From an uncultured Dehalococcoidales bacterium (lineage in GTDB: Bacteria; Chloroflexota; Dehalococcoidia; Dehalococcoidales; UBA5627), in the NCBI GenBank assembly GCA_964547375.1, contig CAZJMW010000002.1, positions 1-44,445 of the forward strand: 44,445 nt of DNA, read 5' to 3'. The stretch's first letter is position 1. Each line of letters begins with the position of its first letter. The translations under genes were made by a program, and so were the position numbers. Below, piece after piece: positions 1 through 9,037 of the stretch. Under the pieces are notes generated by a model. That model was not told the DNA's origin. It did not search any database and saw only the letters and a program-made list of their open reading frames with translations.

Positions 1-2436
1 CCCGATATCGACGAAGTCCGCCGCAATATCCTGGAACTGATACTGGCCGACCATCCGCTGGATTGTCTGACCTGCGTTAAAAACCAGCGCTGCGAACTGC
101 AAAAAGTAGCCGCTTACCTGGGCATAAACGAAAGGCAACTGCCTCATAACGACAGGAATATGCCGGTCGATGACAGTAATCCTTTCTTTAATATAGACCG
201 CAATTATTGTATTCTATGCCAGAAGTGCACCCGCACCTGTGACGAAATCACCTGTGTTAATGCCATCGAGATTATAAACCGCGGTTACGAAAGCCACATC
301 GGCACTTTCGGCGATAAACCTATTATGAAATCAAATTGCCAGTCGTGCGGTGAATGCGTGGTGCGCTGCCCGACGGCTGCTTTAAGTTTTAAGCAATCGG
401 CAGTCCCGGCCTATGAAGTTGAGACCACCTGCCCCTATTGCGGAGTGGGTTGCGGTATGTATCTGGGGGTGCGAAACGGGAAAATTGTGTCTGTGCGGGG
501 CAGCGACAGCAAGGCAAACAACGGCAAATTGTGCGTTAAGGGGCGCTTCGGTATCGCCGGTTACGTTCACAGCGACGAAAGGCTGCGCACTCCTTTAATA
601 AAAAAGAACGGGAAGTTTGTCGAAGCAAGCTGGGACGAGGCACTTGCTCTTGTAGCGGAAAAGCTGTCGTCTTATCCTAAAGAACAGGTGGGTATCATAT
701 CCTCCTCACGCTGTACGAATGAAGACAACTATGTTGCCCAGAAGTTCTGCCGCCTCGTCCTGGGCACTAACAACATCGACCACTGTGCCCGGTTATGCCA
801 TGCCCCGACAGTGGCCGGCCTGGCGCAAACCTTCGGCAGCGGCGCAATGACCAATTCCATCGAGGATATTTCCGAAGCGGATTGCATTTTTGCCATCGGC
901 GCCAATATTACCGAAGCGCATCCTGTAATCGGAATGAATGTCAAACAGGCAGTACGGCGGGGAGCCAAGCTCATCGTTGCCGACCCGCGTGAAATAGAAC
1001 TGGTGCGTTTTGCCGATATCTGGCTGCGGCACAATCCGGGTACCGATGTAGCTCTGCTGATGGGGATGATAAAGATTATCGTCGATGAAAAATTGCATAA
1101 CATCGATTTTATAAACGAACGCTGCGAAAACAGCGAAGCCTTTATGGAATCGTTAAAATCATACGATATCGATTTTGTGGAAAAGACTACCGGAGTCCCC
1201 CGCCAACAAATCATGGCGGCGGCGCGTATGTATGCGGCAGGGAATCCATCATCAATCCTTTACACGCTGGGTATCACCGAGCATTCGCACGGAACGGATA
1301 ACGTAATAGCGGTGGCAAATCTGGCAATGGTTACCGGCAACATCGGCAAGCGCGGCAGCGGCGTTAATCCCTTGCGCGGCCAGAACAACGTGCAGGGCGC
1401 CTGCGATATGGGGGCATTGCCGAACGTTTATGTCGGTTACCAGTCATCGACTTCTCCCGAAACGAAGAAGAAGTTCGAGGCGGCCTGGGGCGGCAGCCTT
1501 TCAATTGAAAAAGGTCTGACGACGCCGGAAATGTTCGACGGAGCCTGTGACGGCACATTTAAAGCTCTTTACATAATCGGAGAAAATTCGGTGCTCAGCC
1601 AGCCCAATTCCAATCATGTCATCAAGGCTCTGTCATCGCTGGATTTCCTGTTGGTACAGGATATTTTTTTAACCGAAACAGCCAAACTGGCAGACGTTGT
1701 TTTACCGGCGGCTTCCTTTGCCGAGAAGGACGGCACCTTCACCAATACCGAGCGGCGTTTTCAACGTGTCAGAAAGGCCATTGAACCGGTGGACGGGTCG
1801 CTGGCAGACTGGGAAATCACCTGCAAGATAGCCCGGGAGATGGGTGGCAATGGCTTCGATTATGAGCATCCCTCTCAAATCATGGATGAGATTGCGGCGC
1901 TGGCTCCTTGCTTTGGCGGAATAAATTATGAAAGATTGGAAAGAGGGGGGCTGCAGTGGCCATGTCCAGGTGCCGACCATCCGGGCACTCCCATCCTGCA
2001 TACGAAGCAGTTTGCCTGCCGTAAGGGCAGATTGACACCGCTTAAATATCGTCCATCGGAAGAACTGCCGGATGCGGATTATCCCTTGCTGTTAACCACC
2101 GGGCGGCGGCTGTTCCATTATCATACCGGCACAATGACGCGTAAAACGGATGGCCTGAATCAATTTATGGGCAGGGAAAGGGTACAGATAAATCCGGCTG
2201 ATGCATCCGCTCTCGGGTTGAACGGTGATGACGCAATTAAAGTGATTTCACACCGAGGCGAGGTAAAAGCCGGAGTAGAGGTAACGCGGGTGGTACCGCC
2301 GGGGGTGGTTTATATGAGTTTCCACTTTGCCGAAACACCCACCAATATGATAACCAGCTGTGCTATGGACCCGGTCACGCAGACCCCCGAATACAAGGTC
2401 TGTGCTGTCAGAATTGAGAAAATAACCCGTCATTAA
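1..2436 (+). CDS. fdhA: Formate dehydrogenase alpha subunit (molybdopterin oxidoreductase with NuoG-like N-terminal Fe-S domains); 5' end lies outside the window
   Basis: Frame 1 is open from nt 1 (PDIDEVRRNILELILADHPLDCLTCVKNQRCELQ...) and runs into the listed 160..2436 ORF. Ferredoxin-type motifs CILCQKCTRTC and CQSCGECVVRCP are present, as is the MopB N-terminal cluster CPYCGVGCG. The active-site context is HCARLCHAPTV, with a Cys codon (TGC, 796..798) where Sec-type enzymes carry TGA. Confidence 0.9.
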   Translation, partial: PDIDEVRRNILELILADHPLDCLTCVKNQRCELQKVAAYLGINERQLPHNDRNMPVDDSNPFFNIDRNYCILCQKCTRTCDEITCVNAIEIINRGYESHIGTFGDKPIMKSNCQSCGECVVRCPTAALSFKQSAVPAYEVETTCPYCGVGCGMYLGVRNGKIVSVRGSDSKANNGKLCVKGRFGIAGYVHSDERLRTPLIKKNGKFVEASWDEALALVAEKLSSYPKEQVGIISSSRCTNEDNYVAQKFCRLVLGTNNIDHCARLCHAPTVAGLAQTFGSGAMTNSIEDISEADCIFAIGANITEAHPVIGMNVKQAVRRGAKLIVADPREIELVRFADIWLRHNPGTDVALLMGMIKIIVDEKLHNIDFINERCENSEAFMESLKSYDIDFVEKTTGVPRQQIMAAARMYAAGNPSSILYTLGITEHSHGTDNVIAVANLAMVTGNIGKRGSGVNPLRGQNNVQGACDMGALPNVYVGYQSSTSPETKKKFEAAWGGSLSIEKGLTTPEMFDGACDGTFKALYIIGENSVLSQPNSNHVIKALSSLDFLLVQDIFLTETAKLADVVLPAASFAEKDGTFTNTERRFQRVRKAIEPVDGSLADWEITCKIAREMGGNGFDYEHPSQIMDEIAALAPCFGGINYERLERGGLQWPCPGADHPGTPILHTKQFACRKGRLTPLKYRPSEELPDADYPLLLTTGRRLFHYHTGTMTRKTDGLNQFMGRERVQINPADASALGLNGDDAIKVISHRGEVKAGVEVTRVVPPGVVYMSFHFAETPTNMITSCAMDPVTQTPEYKVCAVRIEKITRH

Positions 2437-2613
2437 TCTGCCTCATCTTTCAAGCAACCTGTTTAAAAAATATGGTATGATGTTTAAAGAATATACAGAT
2501 AATTAAGACAGTTTGGTTTTCATCAATTACGATTACTAAGGATATTAATTTTACGCCGCATCCTTTTCAGACAAGTCGGAACTCAGGACGAGCGGTTAAT
2601 TAAGAGAAAAATC

Positions 2614-3003
2614 ATGCAACAGGTCGGAGTGGATATCATAGAAATAAAGCGTATCGAGAAGGCTGTTTCCCGCTGGGGCAACGTCTTTCTAAATCGAGTC
2701 TATACCGATTCCGAGCTTCAGCTCTACGGAAATAAATACTCCTCGCTGGCGGCGCGATTTTCCGGGAAAGAAGCGGTTATCAAGGCACTCGGTTCCAACC
2801 GGGTGGCTTATCGAGATATCGAAATAATCCCGGATGACAGCGGCAAGCCGCATGTGAATTTGTACGGTAAAGCCGGAAAACGCGCCAAGGATATCGGTGT
2901 GCAAAATCTGGCTGTCAGTCTATCGCACTGCCGTGATTATGCCGTGGCGTGTGCCGTTAGCGAACTCTATCCGGTAGGTGGGGTTCCTCCTGACCTCCTG
3001 TAA
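2614..3003 (+). CDS. acpS: Holo-[acyl-carrier-protein] synthase (4'-phosphopantetheinyl transferase)
   Basis: 129 aa. The N-terminus GVDIIEIKRIEKA and the FSGKEAVIKALG motif are typical of AcpS. Confidence 0.88.
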   Translation: MQQVGVDIIEIKRIEKAVSRWGNVFLNRVYTDSELQLYGNKYSSLAARFSGKEAVIKALGSNRVAYRDIEIIPDDSGKPHVNLYGKAGKRAKDIGVQNLAVSLSHCRDYAVACAVSELYPVGGVPPDLL

Positions 3004-3092
3004 ATATTATCAATTCTTTTTTCCTGTTAAACAAGACCAACAGAAGTGATAAAATTAAAATAGAGGTGCAAGCCTTTCAGGAGGAGTAAAAA

Positions 3093-3845
3093 ATGTCTGG
3101 TCATTCCAAATGGGCTAATATTAAAAATCAAAAAGGGGCGGCGGATGCCAAGAGGGGACAACTCTTTACCAAATTGGCCCGTGAAATAATACTGGCGGTT
3201 CGTGAACATGGCGGCAATCCCGATGGCAACTCACGTTTGAGGCTTTGTATACAGAAAGCGCGCGATAACAATATGCCGATGGATAACATCGAGAGGGCGA
3301 TTAAAAAGGGCGAGGGCACTCTCGAGGGCATGACAATCGATGAATTCGTACTGGAGGGATATGGTCCCAGCGGAGCGGCGCTTCTGGTAGACGTCCTGTC
3401 TGATAACCGCAACCGCACTATCCAGGAAGTAAGAAGCGTCTTTACCCGCGCCGGTGGCGGATTGGGTGAAGTAGGCAGCGTAAACTGGCAGTTTGAACAG
3501 AAGGGCATCATCAGCATCGAAGTTGTCGAAGACATGAATGCCGATGACATTTCGCTAGCGGCAATCGATGCCGGCGCCGAGGATGTGAAAGCGGATGCCG
3601 ATTATATCGAGGTCTATACCAGTCTCGAAGATATGGAAAAAATCCGCAAGTCATTGGAAGATAGCGGGATAAGCGTGAAATCGGCCGAACTTTCAAAGGT
3701 TGCCCAAAACACCCTTGAACTAGATGAAGCGACGTCGCTTTCTGTTTTGAAGTTGATAGACAGGCTGGAAAACCTGGATGATGTACGCAGTGTCTGGAGC
3801 AATGTCGAATTTTCAGATGAGGTAATGGAGAAATACGAAGGATAA
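3093..3845 (+). CDS. yebC: YebC/PmpR family DNA-binding transcriptional regulator
   Basis: The N-terminus MSGHSKWANIKNQKG is diagnostic for this family. Length is 250 aa, and an AGGAGGAG RBS lies just upstream. Confidence 0.95.
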   Translation: MSGHSKWANIKNQKGAADAKRGQLFTKLAREIILAVREHGGNPDGNSRLRLCIQKARDNNMPMDNIERAIKKGEGTLEGMTIDEFVLEGYGPSGAALLVDVLSDNRNRTIQEVRSVFTRAGGGLGEVGSVNWQFEQKGIISIEVVEDMNADDISLAAIDAGAEDVKADADYIEVYTSLEDMEKIRKSLEDSGISVKSAELSKVAQNTLELDEATSLSVLKLIDRLENLDDVRSVWSNVEFSDEVMEKYEG

Positions 3846-3858
3846 TCCGTAAGGTGTA

Positions 3859-4365
3859 ATGAGAATACTGGGTATCGACCCCGGAACAATCACAGTAGGT
3901 TACGGCATTATAGACAGCGAAGCGGGAAATATCTCCTTTGTCTGCTGTGATGCCTTGAAATGCAAGCAACGCTCTCCTATAGGAGAGCGTCTGTGCTATA
4001 TTTACGATGAGCTTTGCGCTGTAATAGAGAAATACCGTCCTGATGCGGTAGCTGTTGAGCAACCCTTTGTGGATAAGAATATTCGCTCGGCGCTGGTTAT
4101 CGGCAAGGCACAGGCAATTGCCATACTGGCAGCCGGCAAGCACCACCTTCCGTGTTTTGAATACTCACCGGCGCAAATCAAACAGGGAGCGACCAGTTAC
4201 GGCGCCAGTTCCAAGGAGCAGGTGCAGCAGATGGTAAAGCTGCAACTTAATCTGGCGAAAATACCCGAACCGAATGATGCCGCCGATGCGCTGGCGGTGG
4301 CGATTTGCCACATTCGGTCTGTACATCTAAGTGATATAATAAACGGGCAAGGAGAGAAGAAATGA
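3859..4365 (+). CDS. ruvC: Crossover junction endodeoxyribonuclease RuvC
   Basis: MRILGIDPGTITVGYGII, VEQPF and NDAADALAVAICH give the RuvC acidic catalytic residue contexts. Length is 168 aa. Confidence 0.95.
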   Translation: MRILGIDPGTITVGYGIIDSEAGNISFVCCDALKCKQRSPIGERLCYIYDELCAVIEKYRPDAVAVEQPFVDKNIRSALVIGKAQAIAILAAGKHHLPCFEYSPAQIKQGATSYGASSKEQVQQMVKLQLNLAKIPEPNDAADALAVAICHIRSVHLSDIINGQGEKK

Positions 4366-4946
4366 TAGCCAGTCTGAGCGGTAAATTGGAAGCATTAGGC
4401 AGCGATTGGGCTATTATCAATGTCGGTGGCGTCGGTTTTCAGGTTCATTTATCCACTACCGGGGTTAGTAGTCTGGGGTCTGTCGGCGCTACCGTCAAGG
4501 TTTATACTCATCTCAACGTGCGTGAGGACAATCTCTCCCTGTTCGGTTTTAACAGCACTGCCGAGCTTGAGCTATTTAAATCGGTAACAAGCGTATCCGG
4601 CATCGGTCCTAAACTGGCCCTGGCAATGCTTTCGGCAATGGAACCGGACCAGCTGATTATGGCGATTGCCTCAGGCAATGCCGATTTGCTTACCGGAATA
4701 CCCGGCATCGGCAAGAAAACTGCCAGCCGCATCGTTCTGGAACTGAAGGATAAAATCGGAACCGGCATGATGGCAACACCGGTGGCCGAAATCGCGCAGG
4801 AAAACGCCGATGTGCTTGCCGCCCTGACATCACTGGGCTACTCCGCTTCGGAAGTCACCCGCGCTTTGTCAAGCCTCCCGCGCGATGCGTCTCTAAGTGT
4901 TGAAGATAAAATCAAGCTGGCACTGGGATACTTCGAACAGAGGTAG
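4362..4946 (+). CDS. ruvA: Holliday junction DNA helicase subunit RuvA
   Basis: The start overlaps the ruvC stop (ATGA). Helix-hairpin-helix motifs VSGIGPKLALAML and IPGIGKKTASRIVLELK are present. Length is 194 aa. Confidence 0.95.
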   Translation: MIASLSGKLEALGSDWAIINVGGVGFQVHLSTTGVSSLGSVGATVKVYTHLNVREDNLSLFGFNSTAELELFKSVTSVSGIGPKLALAMLSAMEPDQLIMAIASGNADLLTGIPGIGKKTASRIVLELKDKIGTGMMATPVAEIAQENADVLAALTSLGYSASEVTRALSSLPRDASLSVEDKIKLALGYFEQR

Positions 4947-4975
4947 AAGTTCCCTTATAGGTAATTACTTATTAA

Positions 4976-5770
4976 TTAATGTTCCGGCGGGTAATTGGCG
5001 AACGAAGCCTTGGTAGCTCCGCAAACAGGACACCTCCAGTCATCCGGGATATCTTCAAAGGCTGTTCCGGGAGCAATTCCTCCATCGGGGTCTCCAACTG
5101 CCGGGTCGTAAACATATCCACACATGTCAGTTTGGCAATAATAAACTCTCATATCGGCCGATGAAGTTGAAGTAGTGGTAACTGTTGTAGTTATTACAGT
5201 GCCGACACTTTCATTGTATTCCTGTACTGATAGATAATGAGGCTGGTATTGAACTCCCTTTTCGCTCAATGCTGATACAAATATCCTCAGGTGTCCGTGT
5301 GAACCGGTGGTCAGCTTGCTATAGGCACTATTTATATCTGCCGCATCAGTTTGTTCCCAGTATTTTTTGATATCGACAATATCAATTTCTTCAACCATAG
5401 CCGCTATTTCCAGAGCATCCTCTTCGGATTTCGAACCCTGTGCGGTCAGTTCCTGATAAAGCTCTTTTAAGTCCTTATTGGTAAATTTACCATAATCATT
5501 ATACTTTATCGGATTATCATATCCATACTTATCAATCATTTCCTGTACTATTTCCATATGCGCCTGCTCGCTATGGCTAATGGTATCCATTATGTACGTT
5601 CCCCATTTTTCATGGAAATATTTATATACATCCCTGGCGAATTTTTCTACTTCATAGATGCGAATCAGGCCCTCTTCCTTGATATCCTGTGCTTTTGACG
5701 AGCAAGCTGACAAAACCGCTGTTGAAAGAATAGCCAGAGCTAAAGCCGCATAACCTTTTTCTACTGCCAT
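4976..5770 (-). CDS. Predicted lipoprotein: ferritin-like DUF2202 domain fused to a C-terminal rubredoxin domain
   Basis: The signal peptide carries a lipobox ([15 protein letters not shown]). The ferritin-like segment is [19 protein letters not shown]...[20 protein letters not shown]. The C-terminus [48 protein letters not shown] matches rubredoxin almost residue for residue. Confidence 0.75.
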   Translation of the reverse strand: MAVEKGYAALALAILSTAVLSACSSKAQDIKEEGLIRIYEVEKFARDVYKYFHEKWGTYIMDTISHSEQAHMEIVQEMIDKYGYDNPIKYNDYGKFTNKDLKELYQELTAQGSKSEEDALEIAAMVEEIDIVDIKKYWEQTDAADINSAYSKLTTGSHGHLRIFVSALSEKGVQYQPHYLSVQEYNESVGTVITTTVTTTSTSSADMRVYYCQTDMCGYVYDPAVGDPDGGIAPGTAFEDIPDDWRCPVCGATKASFANYPPEH

Positions 5771-6180
5771 TTTAATATCCTCTCTGTTTTAAAATATAAT
5801 TTATTACCTTTTTCCCGGACATGATCAGTAGGATTTTATTATTTCCAAATTTTGTTTTATTTATTATAAGCACCTCCTCATAATCACTTCATTTTCTAGA
5901 AATTTACCATAAATATCTGCAGTGCTCGTATGACTTTTGTTACAATTTACATCTTGTTGTATGGGAATAGGCGATTGATGTCAGGTAATACAGAAAAAAG
6001 ACGGTATATTCATATGGAACTGCGTTTAACGTTGCCTGAAAGCAACTATTGAATGCCTATTTACTCTTGGTCATTTTTTTAGCAACAGTCGATTTAAAGT
6101 TATAATAAACCTGCCGGTGAGGATATGATTGAAATTGCTCCTGGGTATTTCGAGCAGAAGTAGGGTCGTTGTGTTTAAGT

Positions 6181-6254
6181 GTCACTCTGAGTGAAGCAAA
6201 GCGTCTAAATGCCATTCGAATAGCCTTAGATACTTCATTTCATTCAGGATGACA
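6181..6254. repeat. Palindromic dispersed repeat, family A (GTCAYTCTGAG...TCTAA / TTAGA...TTCAGGATGAC arms around a TCGAAT-containing loop)
   Basis: The left arm is gtcactctgagtgaagcaaagcgtctaa. The reverse complement of the right arm is gtcatcctgaatgaaatgaagtatctaa, giving an imperfect ~28-bp inverted repeat. Positions 6203..6254 are identical to 9131..9182. Confidence 0.85.
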
Positions 6255-6261
6255 ATTATCC

Positions 6262-6291
6262 ATTGGTAGGGACGGGCGTTGCCCGTCCGCC
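6262..6291. repeat. GC-rich hairpin repeat, family D (GGACGGGC-nnn-GCCCGTCC)
   Basis: An 8-bp perfect stem (6270..6277 / 6281..6288). Nearly the same 30-bp unit recurs at 27464..27493. Confidence 0.8.
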
Positions 6292-6304
6292 ATTATGTTT
6301 AAAA

Positions 6305-6418
6305 TTAACGTCTGCGATTTCTGGTCATCGCTTCCCACATGATCCTTTCTAAATAATAGATAACCAAGCAAATAGCGAAAGCAACAACTAATGTCCATAC
6401 AAAATCCCATTCTATCAT
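6305..6418 (-). CDS. Possible 37-aa membrane peptide (MIEWDFVWTLVVAFAICLVIYYLERIMWEAMTRNRRR)
   Basis: I translated this by hand because it is below the ORF-track size cut-off. The ATG is preceded by GGAG (6428..6431) with a 9-nt spacer. It has one hydrophobic helix and a basic tail. It is co-directional with the 2H phosphoesterase gene and lies 43 nt downstream of it. Confidence 0.3.
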   Translation of the reverse strand: MIEWDFVWTLVVAFAICLVIYYLERIMWEAMTRNRRR

Positions 6419-6461
6419 TTTATTTTACTCCTTTTAAAAAAATAATTATTTGTTTTATAAA

Positions 6462-7178
6462 TCAGTTTCTCATGAATTTTTTGATGGCATCTTTTAATGA
6501 TTGAAAACATGAATGTTGTATTTTACTATCTGGTTCGTGGGTCCTGTTCTTACTTAAATATCTTCTAATTCTTGTATTGGTTTCAGCTTCTGTTGTCCTG
6601 CTCAATGCTTCATTTCTTGTTAGTGTTCGTTTCAGGGAAAAATCATACTCACTAAGTATTTTATGGTTTTTTAGAAGGGTAACTCGTGTAATAAAATGGT
6701 GATTGTATGGTTGTTTTTGGTGGCGTAGATAACTCATGACTCTATTTAATTGATGCTGATTAAGGTTCATGGCTATTGTAATATGAGGGCAGTAGTAATC
6801 TTTTTTTGTGTCATATGTACGGTCAAGTTGACAGTAACTTTTTAAACGAGAAAGAAGAGCCCATCGCAGTTCAAGCAATTCTTGCGAGGGTTTAATATTG
6901 ATTTTAGCCACGCCATTCGAATTGTTGCATGGAAAACTCCCAAACCCATCAAATTGGAGTTCCATAACCGGATACTGAGAACAAATTGAAGTAAAATCGT
7001 GTAATAACCTTTTTTCATCCTGTCTCGGATTAAGGGGCGTAGGGTTTGAGACTATTGAGATATGGGGGATAGGTTTTGAACCTCGTAAATAGCAATTTCT
7101 TCTAACGTCATATGTTATAGTTCTGATTTCATGCTTCATACTGCCCATAATCCTGACTTCGATAAAATAACTTGCCAT
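6462..7178 (-). CDS. 2H phosphoesterase superfamily protein (LigT/ThpR-like cyclic phosphodiesterase) with a basic C-terminal extension
   Basis: It has two H-x-S/T-x motifs at the expected spacing: PHISIVSN and PHITIAMN. Its start abuts the stop of the upstream Nudix fusion gene (0-nt gap). Confidence 0.65.
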   Translation of the reverse strand: MASYFIEVRIMGSMKHEIRTITYDVRRNCYLRGSKPIPHISIVSNPTPLNPRQDEKRLLHDFTSICSQYPVMELQFDGFGSFPCNNSNGVAKINIKPSQELLELRWALLSRLKSYCQLDRTYDTKKDYYCPHITIAMNLNQHQLNRVMSYLRHQKQPYNHHFITRVTLLKNHKILSEYDFSLKRTLTRNEALSRTTEAETNTRIRRYLSKNRTHEPDSKIQHSCFQSLKDAIKKFMRN

Positions 7179-8222
7179 TTAATACCGCTCCGGTTTGCTA
7201 CTAACGGTCTCCATCCGTTTGATTGTTTCCAGACCCAATGAAGTAATGTAATCAAGACTAACAGGTTTATAGTTTGTTAATTCGACACTGACATTTATCG
7301 TTTTATTTTCCCCATTAATAAATGGATAACGCTGCATACTGTTGTTATGAGTATGACCGTGTATAATCCAATCTTGCCAGCCTGAAGGAATTGGGCTTTT
7401 AACATATTTGGGATAAGGACTGGGGTCGTGAACAAGAAAAAACTTATAGCCGTTATATTCCAGTATTTTGTGACTGGCTCCAAATTTATTTGGGTCATGA
7501 CTACCTTGAATTTTTATTACTTTACCTTTAAAGTCTTTTTTTAATCGTTTATTGACTTTATTTAAATCTTTTGCAAATGGTACTAAATCTCCCAGGAAAT
7601 AAACTGTATCCTGTTCTGAAACCGTGTTATTCCAGTTTGTAATCAATACCTTATTCATAACAGTAGTATCAGCAAATGGTATTTGGCAGTATCTTATTAT
7701 GTTTTTGTGGTCGAGATGCAGGTCGCCTATGAGGTATATCTTATCGTTGTGAGAAGATGAGATATGAAGGTTATCTGGTTCCGGTCTTTGCGATTTTGAA
7801 AATATTGTATCTACTGAATGATTACCGCGCTTTTGGTTGTAATATTTTTCAATAATTGCTTTGGTATCGGCAGAGATTTTTAGCTTGCAGTCGGGGTTGT
7901 AGTAGTCGATACGTTTTATCTCGTGACAAGGGCTGGCTCTACCGCTGGTTTGTATCAGGCACACTGTATGGTGATCTCTATAATGGTATCTGTTATTAAT
8001 TTCACCGATATGATGGAAAAGGTATTTTATTGAATTTGGCTTTAATCCTGTCTCTTCATAAAGTTCTCTGGCGGCTGCTTTTGTTCTGGTTTCGTTGTCT
8101 CTGGCTTTCCCGCCCGGCAATAAAAATGCTCCATGCCAACTGCCGGAGGTCAGGAGAATGCCATTTTCTGTTTCTACGATAGCAGTTCCCCTGCGACGTT
8201 TTGTTATGTTTTCATGTTGCAT
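7179..8222 (-). CDS. Fusion protein: N-terminal Nudix hydrolase and C-terminal calcineurin-like metallophosphoesterase
   Basis: The Nudix box GGKARDNETRTKAAARELYEETGL is canonical (G-x5-E-x7-REUxEExGU). The metallophosphoesterase motifs are YLIGDLHLDH, YFLGDL, QGSHDP and IHGHTHN. Confidence 0.85.
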   Translation of the reverse strand: MQHENITKRRRGTAIVETENGILLTSGSWHGAFLLPGGKARDNETRTKAAARELYEETGLKPNSIKYLFHHIGEINNRYHYRDHHTVCLIQTSGRASPCHEIKRIDYYNPDCKLKISADTKAIIEKYYNQKRGNHSVDTIFSKSQRPEPDNLHISSSHNDKIYLIGDLHLDHKNIIRYCQIPFADTTVMNKVLITNWNNTVSEQDTVYFLGDLVPFAKDLNKVNKRLKKDFKGKVIKIQGSHDPNKFGASHKILEYNGYKFFLVHDPSPYPKYVKSPIPSGWQDWIIHGHTHNNSMQRYPFINGENKTINVSVELTNYKPVSLDYITSLGLETIKRMETVSSKPERY

Positions 8223-8231
8223 GTAAGTAAA

Positions 8232-8834
8232 TTAATTATCCTTGAATATTTCTTTGGGACTATATGCCATTTGTGGTTCATCCGGTTCCTGTGTCACAAA
8301 GGTAAGGTAATCCAGTTTGGTAAAATGATGTATTTTGGCAACAATATTTCTTGGAAATTTCATCACTCTTTCATTATATTGCTGTGCTACCCTATTGTAT
8401 TCCAGTCTGGTTATTCTTAATCTTTTCTCAATTCGAGAATCGCTCTCCATGAGGCGAAGGTGTAGCCTATCAGCTTTTAATTCCGGGTATTTCTCAAATA
8501 CCGCTTGGATTTTAAAATAACTATTTTCAATATCAGAAGTAAGTTTAATCTTGTCATTCAAGGGAGTATCTTTTGTCCAGCGGCTCCTGGCTTCTATAGT
8601 CTCTTTAAGAGCTTTCCATTCGTGGATGTCATATTTTTTTACTATTTGAGACAAAGCTAGAATTTTATCCAACCTTTCTTGAAGTACAACATCTATATCA
8701 GCAAATTTTCTTTCTGCTCGATTTATCCAATATTGAAATTTGTTATAGATAGTTATCCAATAACGTGCAATTATTATTAAAAGTATTAAGATTACACCTG
8801 ATATTATTAAAGCTACAATTGCCCCTGCGCTCAT
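8232..8834 (-). CDS. lemA: LemA family membrane protein
   Basis: There is an N-terminal TM helix (AIVALIISGVILILLIIIA). LemA-type motifs follow: IYNKF..., IDVVLQERLD, EKYPELKA, RLEYNRVAQQYNERVMKFPRNIVA. Confidence 0.88.
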   Translation of the reverse strand: MSAGAIVALIISGVILILLIIIARYWITIYNKFQYWINRAERKFADIDVVLQERLDKILALSQIVKKYDIHEWKALKETIEARSRWTKDTPLNDKIKLTSDIENSYFKIQAVFEKYPELKADRLHLRLMESDSRIEKRLRITRLEYNRVAQQYNERVMKFPRNIVAKIHHFTKLDYLTFVTQEPDEPQMAYSPKEIFKDN

Positions 8835-8842
8835 ATGTCCTC

Positions 8843-9013
8843 CTAGGTTGAATAATAATCCTTTTCGTTGATATTCTGTGGTTTTATTTCAACCTTAAAG
8901 TATTTAACCATGCGTTTTATGGCTTCCTGCTTTGTTTTCAGGTTGTGCATAAGTTTATAGACTTCTACAATTTTATCTTCTTCCGGGGACAAATCTATTT
9001 GTATCTTAGCCAT
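8843..9013 (-). CDS. Small predicted ribbon-helix-helix (CopG/Arc-like) DNA-binding protein
   Basis: MAKIQIDLSPEEDKIVEVYKLMHNLKTKQEAIKRMVKYF fits a beta-alpha-alpha pattern. I prefer the ATG at 9013 (GGAGA 10 nt upstream) over the track's GTG at 9037, because the predicted -10 box (9038..9043) would place transcription initiation downstream of 9037. Confidence 0.55.
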   Translation of the reverse strand: MAKIQIDLSPEEDKIVEVYKLMHNLKTKQEAIKRMVKYFKVEIKPQNINEKDYYST

Positions 9014-9037
9014 AGTTAATGTATCTCCATATAACAC

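Noticed and set aside
796-798. Selenocysteine recoding in fdhA
   Set aside because: The active-site position in HCARLCHAPTV is encoded by TGC, not TGA, and the ORF has no in-frame stop. This is a Cys-type enzyme, so no SECIS element is expected.
382-2433. Numerous 60-160-aa ORFs antisense to or out of frame with fdhA, and similar sets inside the yebC-family gene, OYE, moeA, proC, leuS, catalase, rsgA, mgtE, the antiporter and the HerA-like gene
   Set aside because: They are fully embedded in strongly supported genes and rich in Arg, Ser, Pro and Cys, as expected for off-frame translation of mid-GC coding DNA. They have no motifs.
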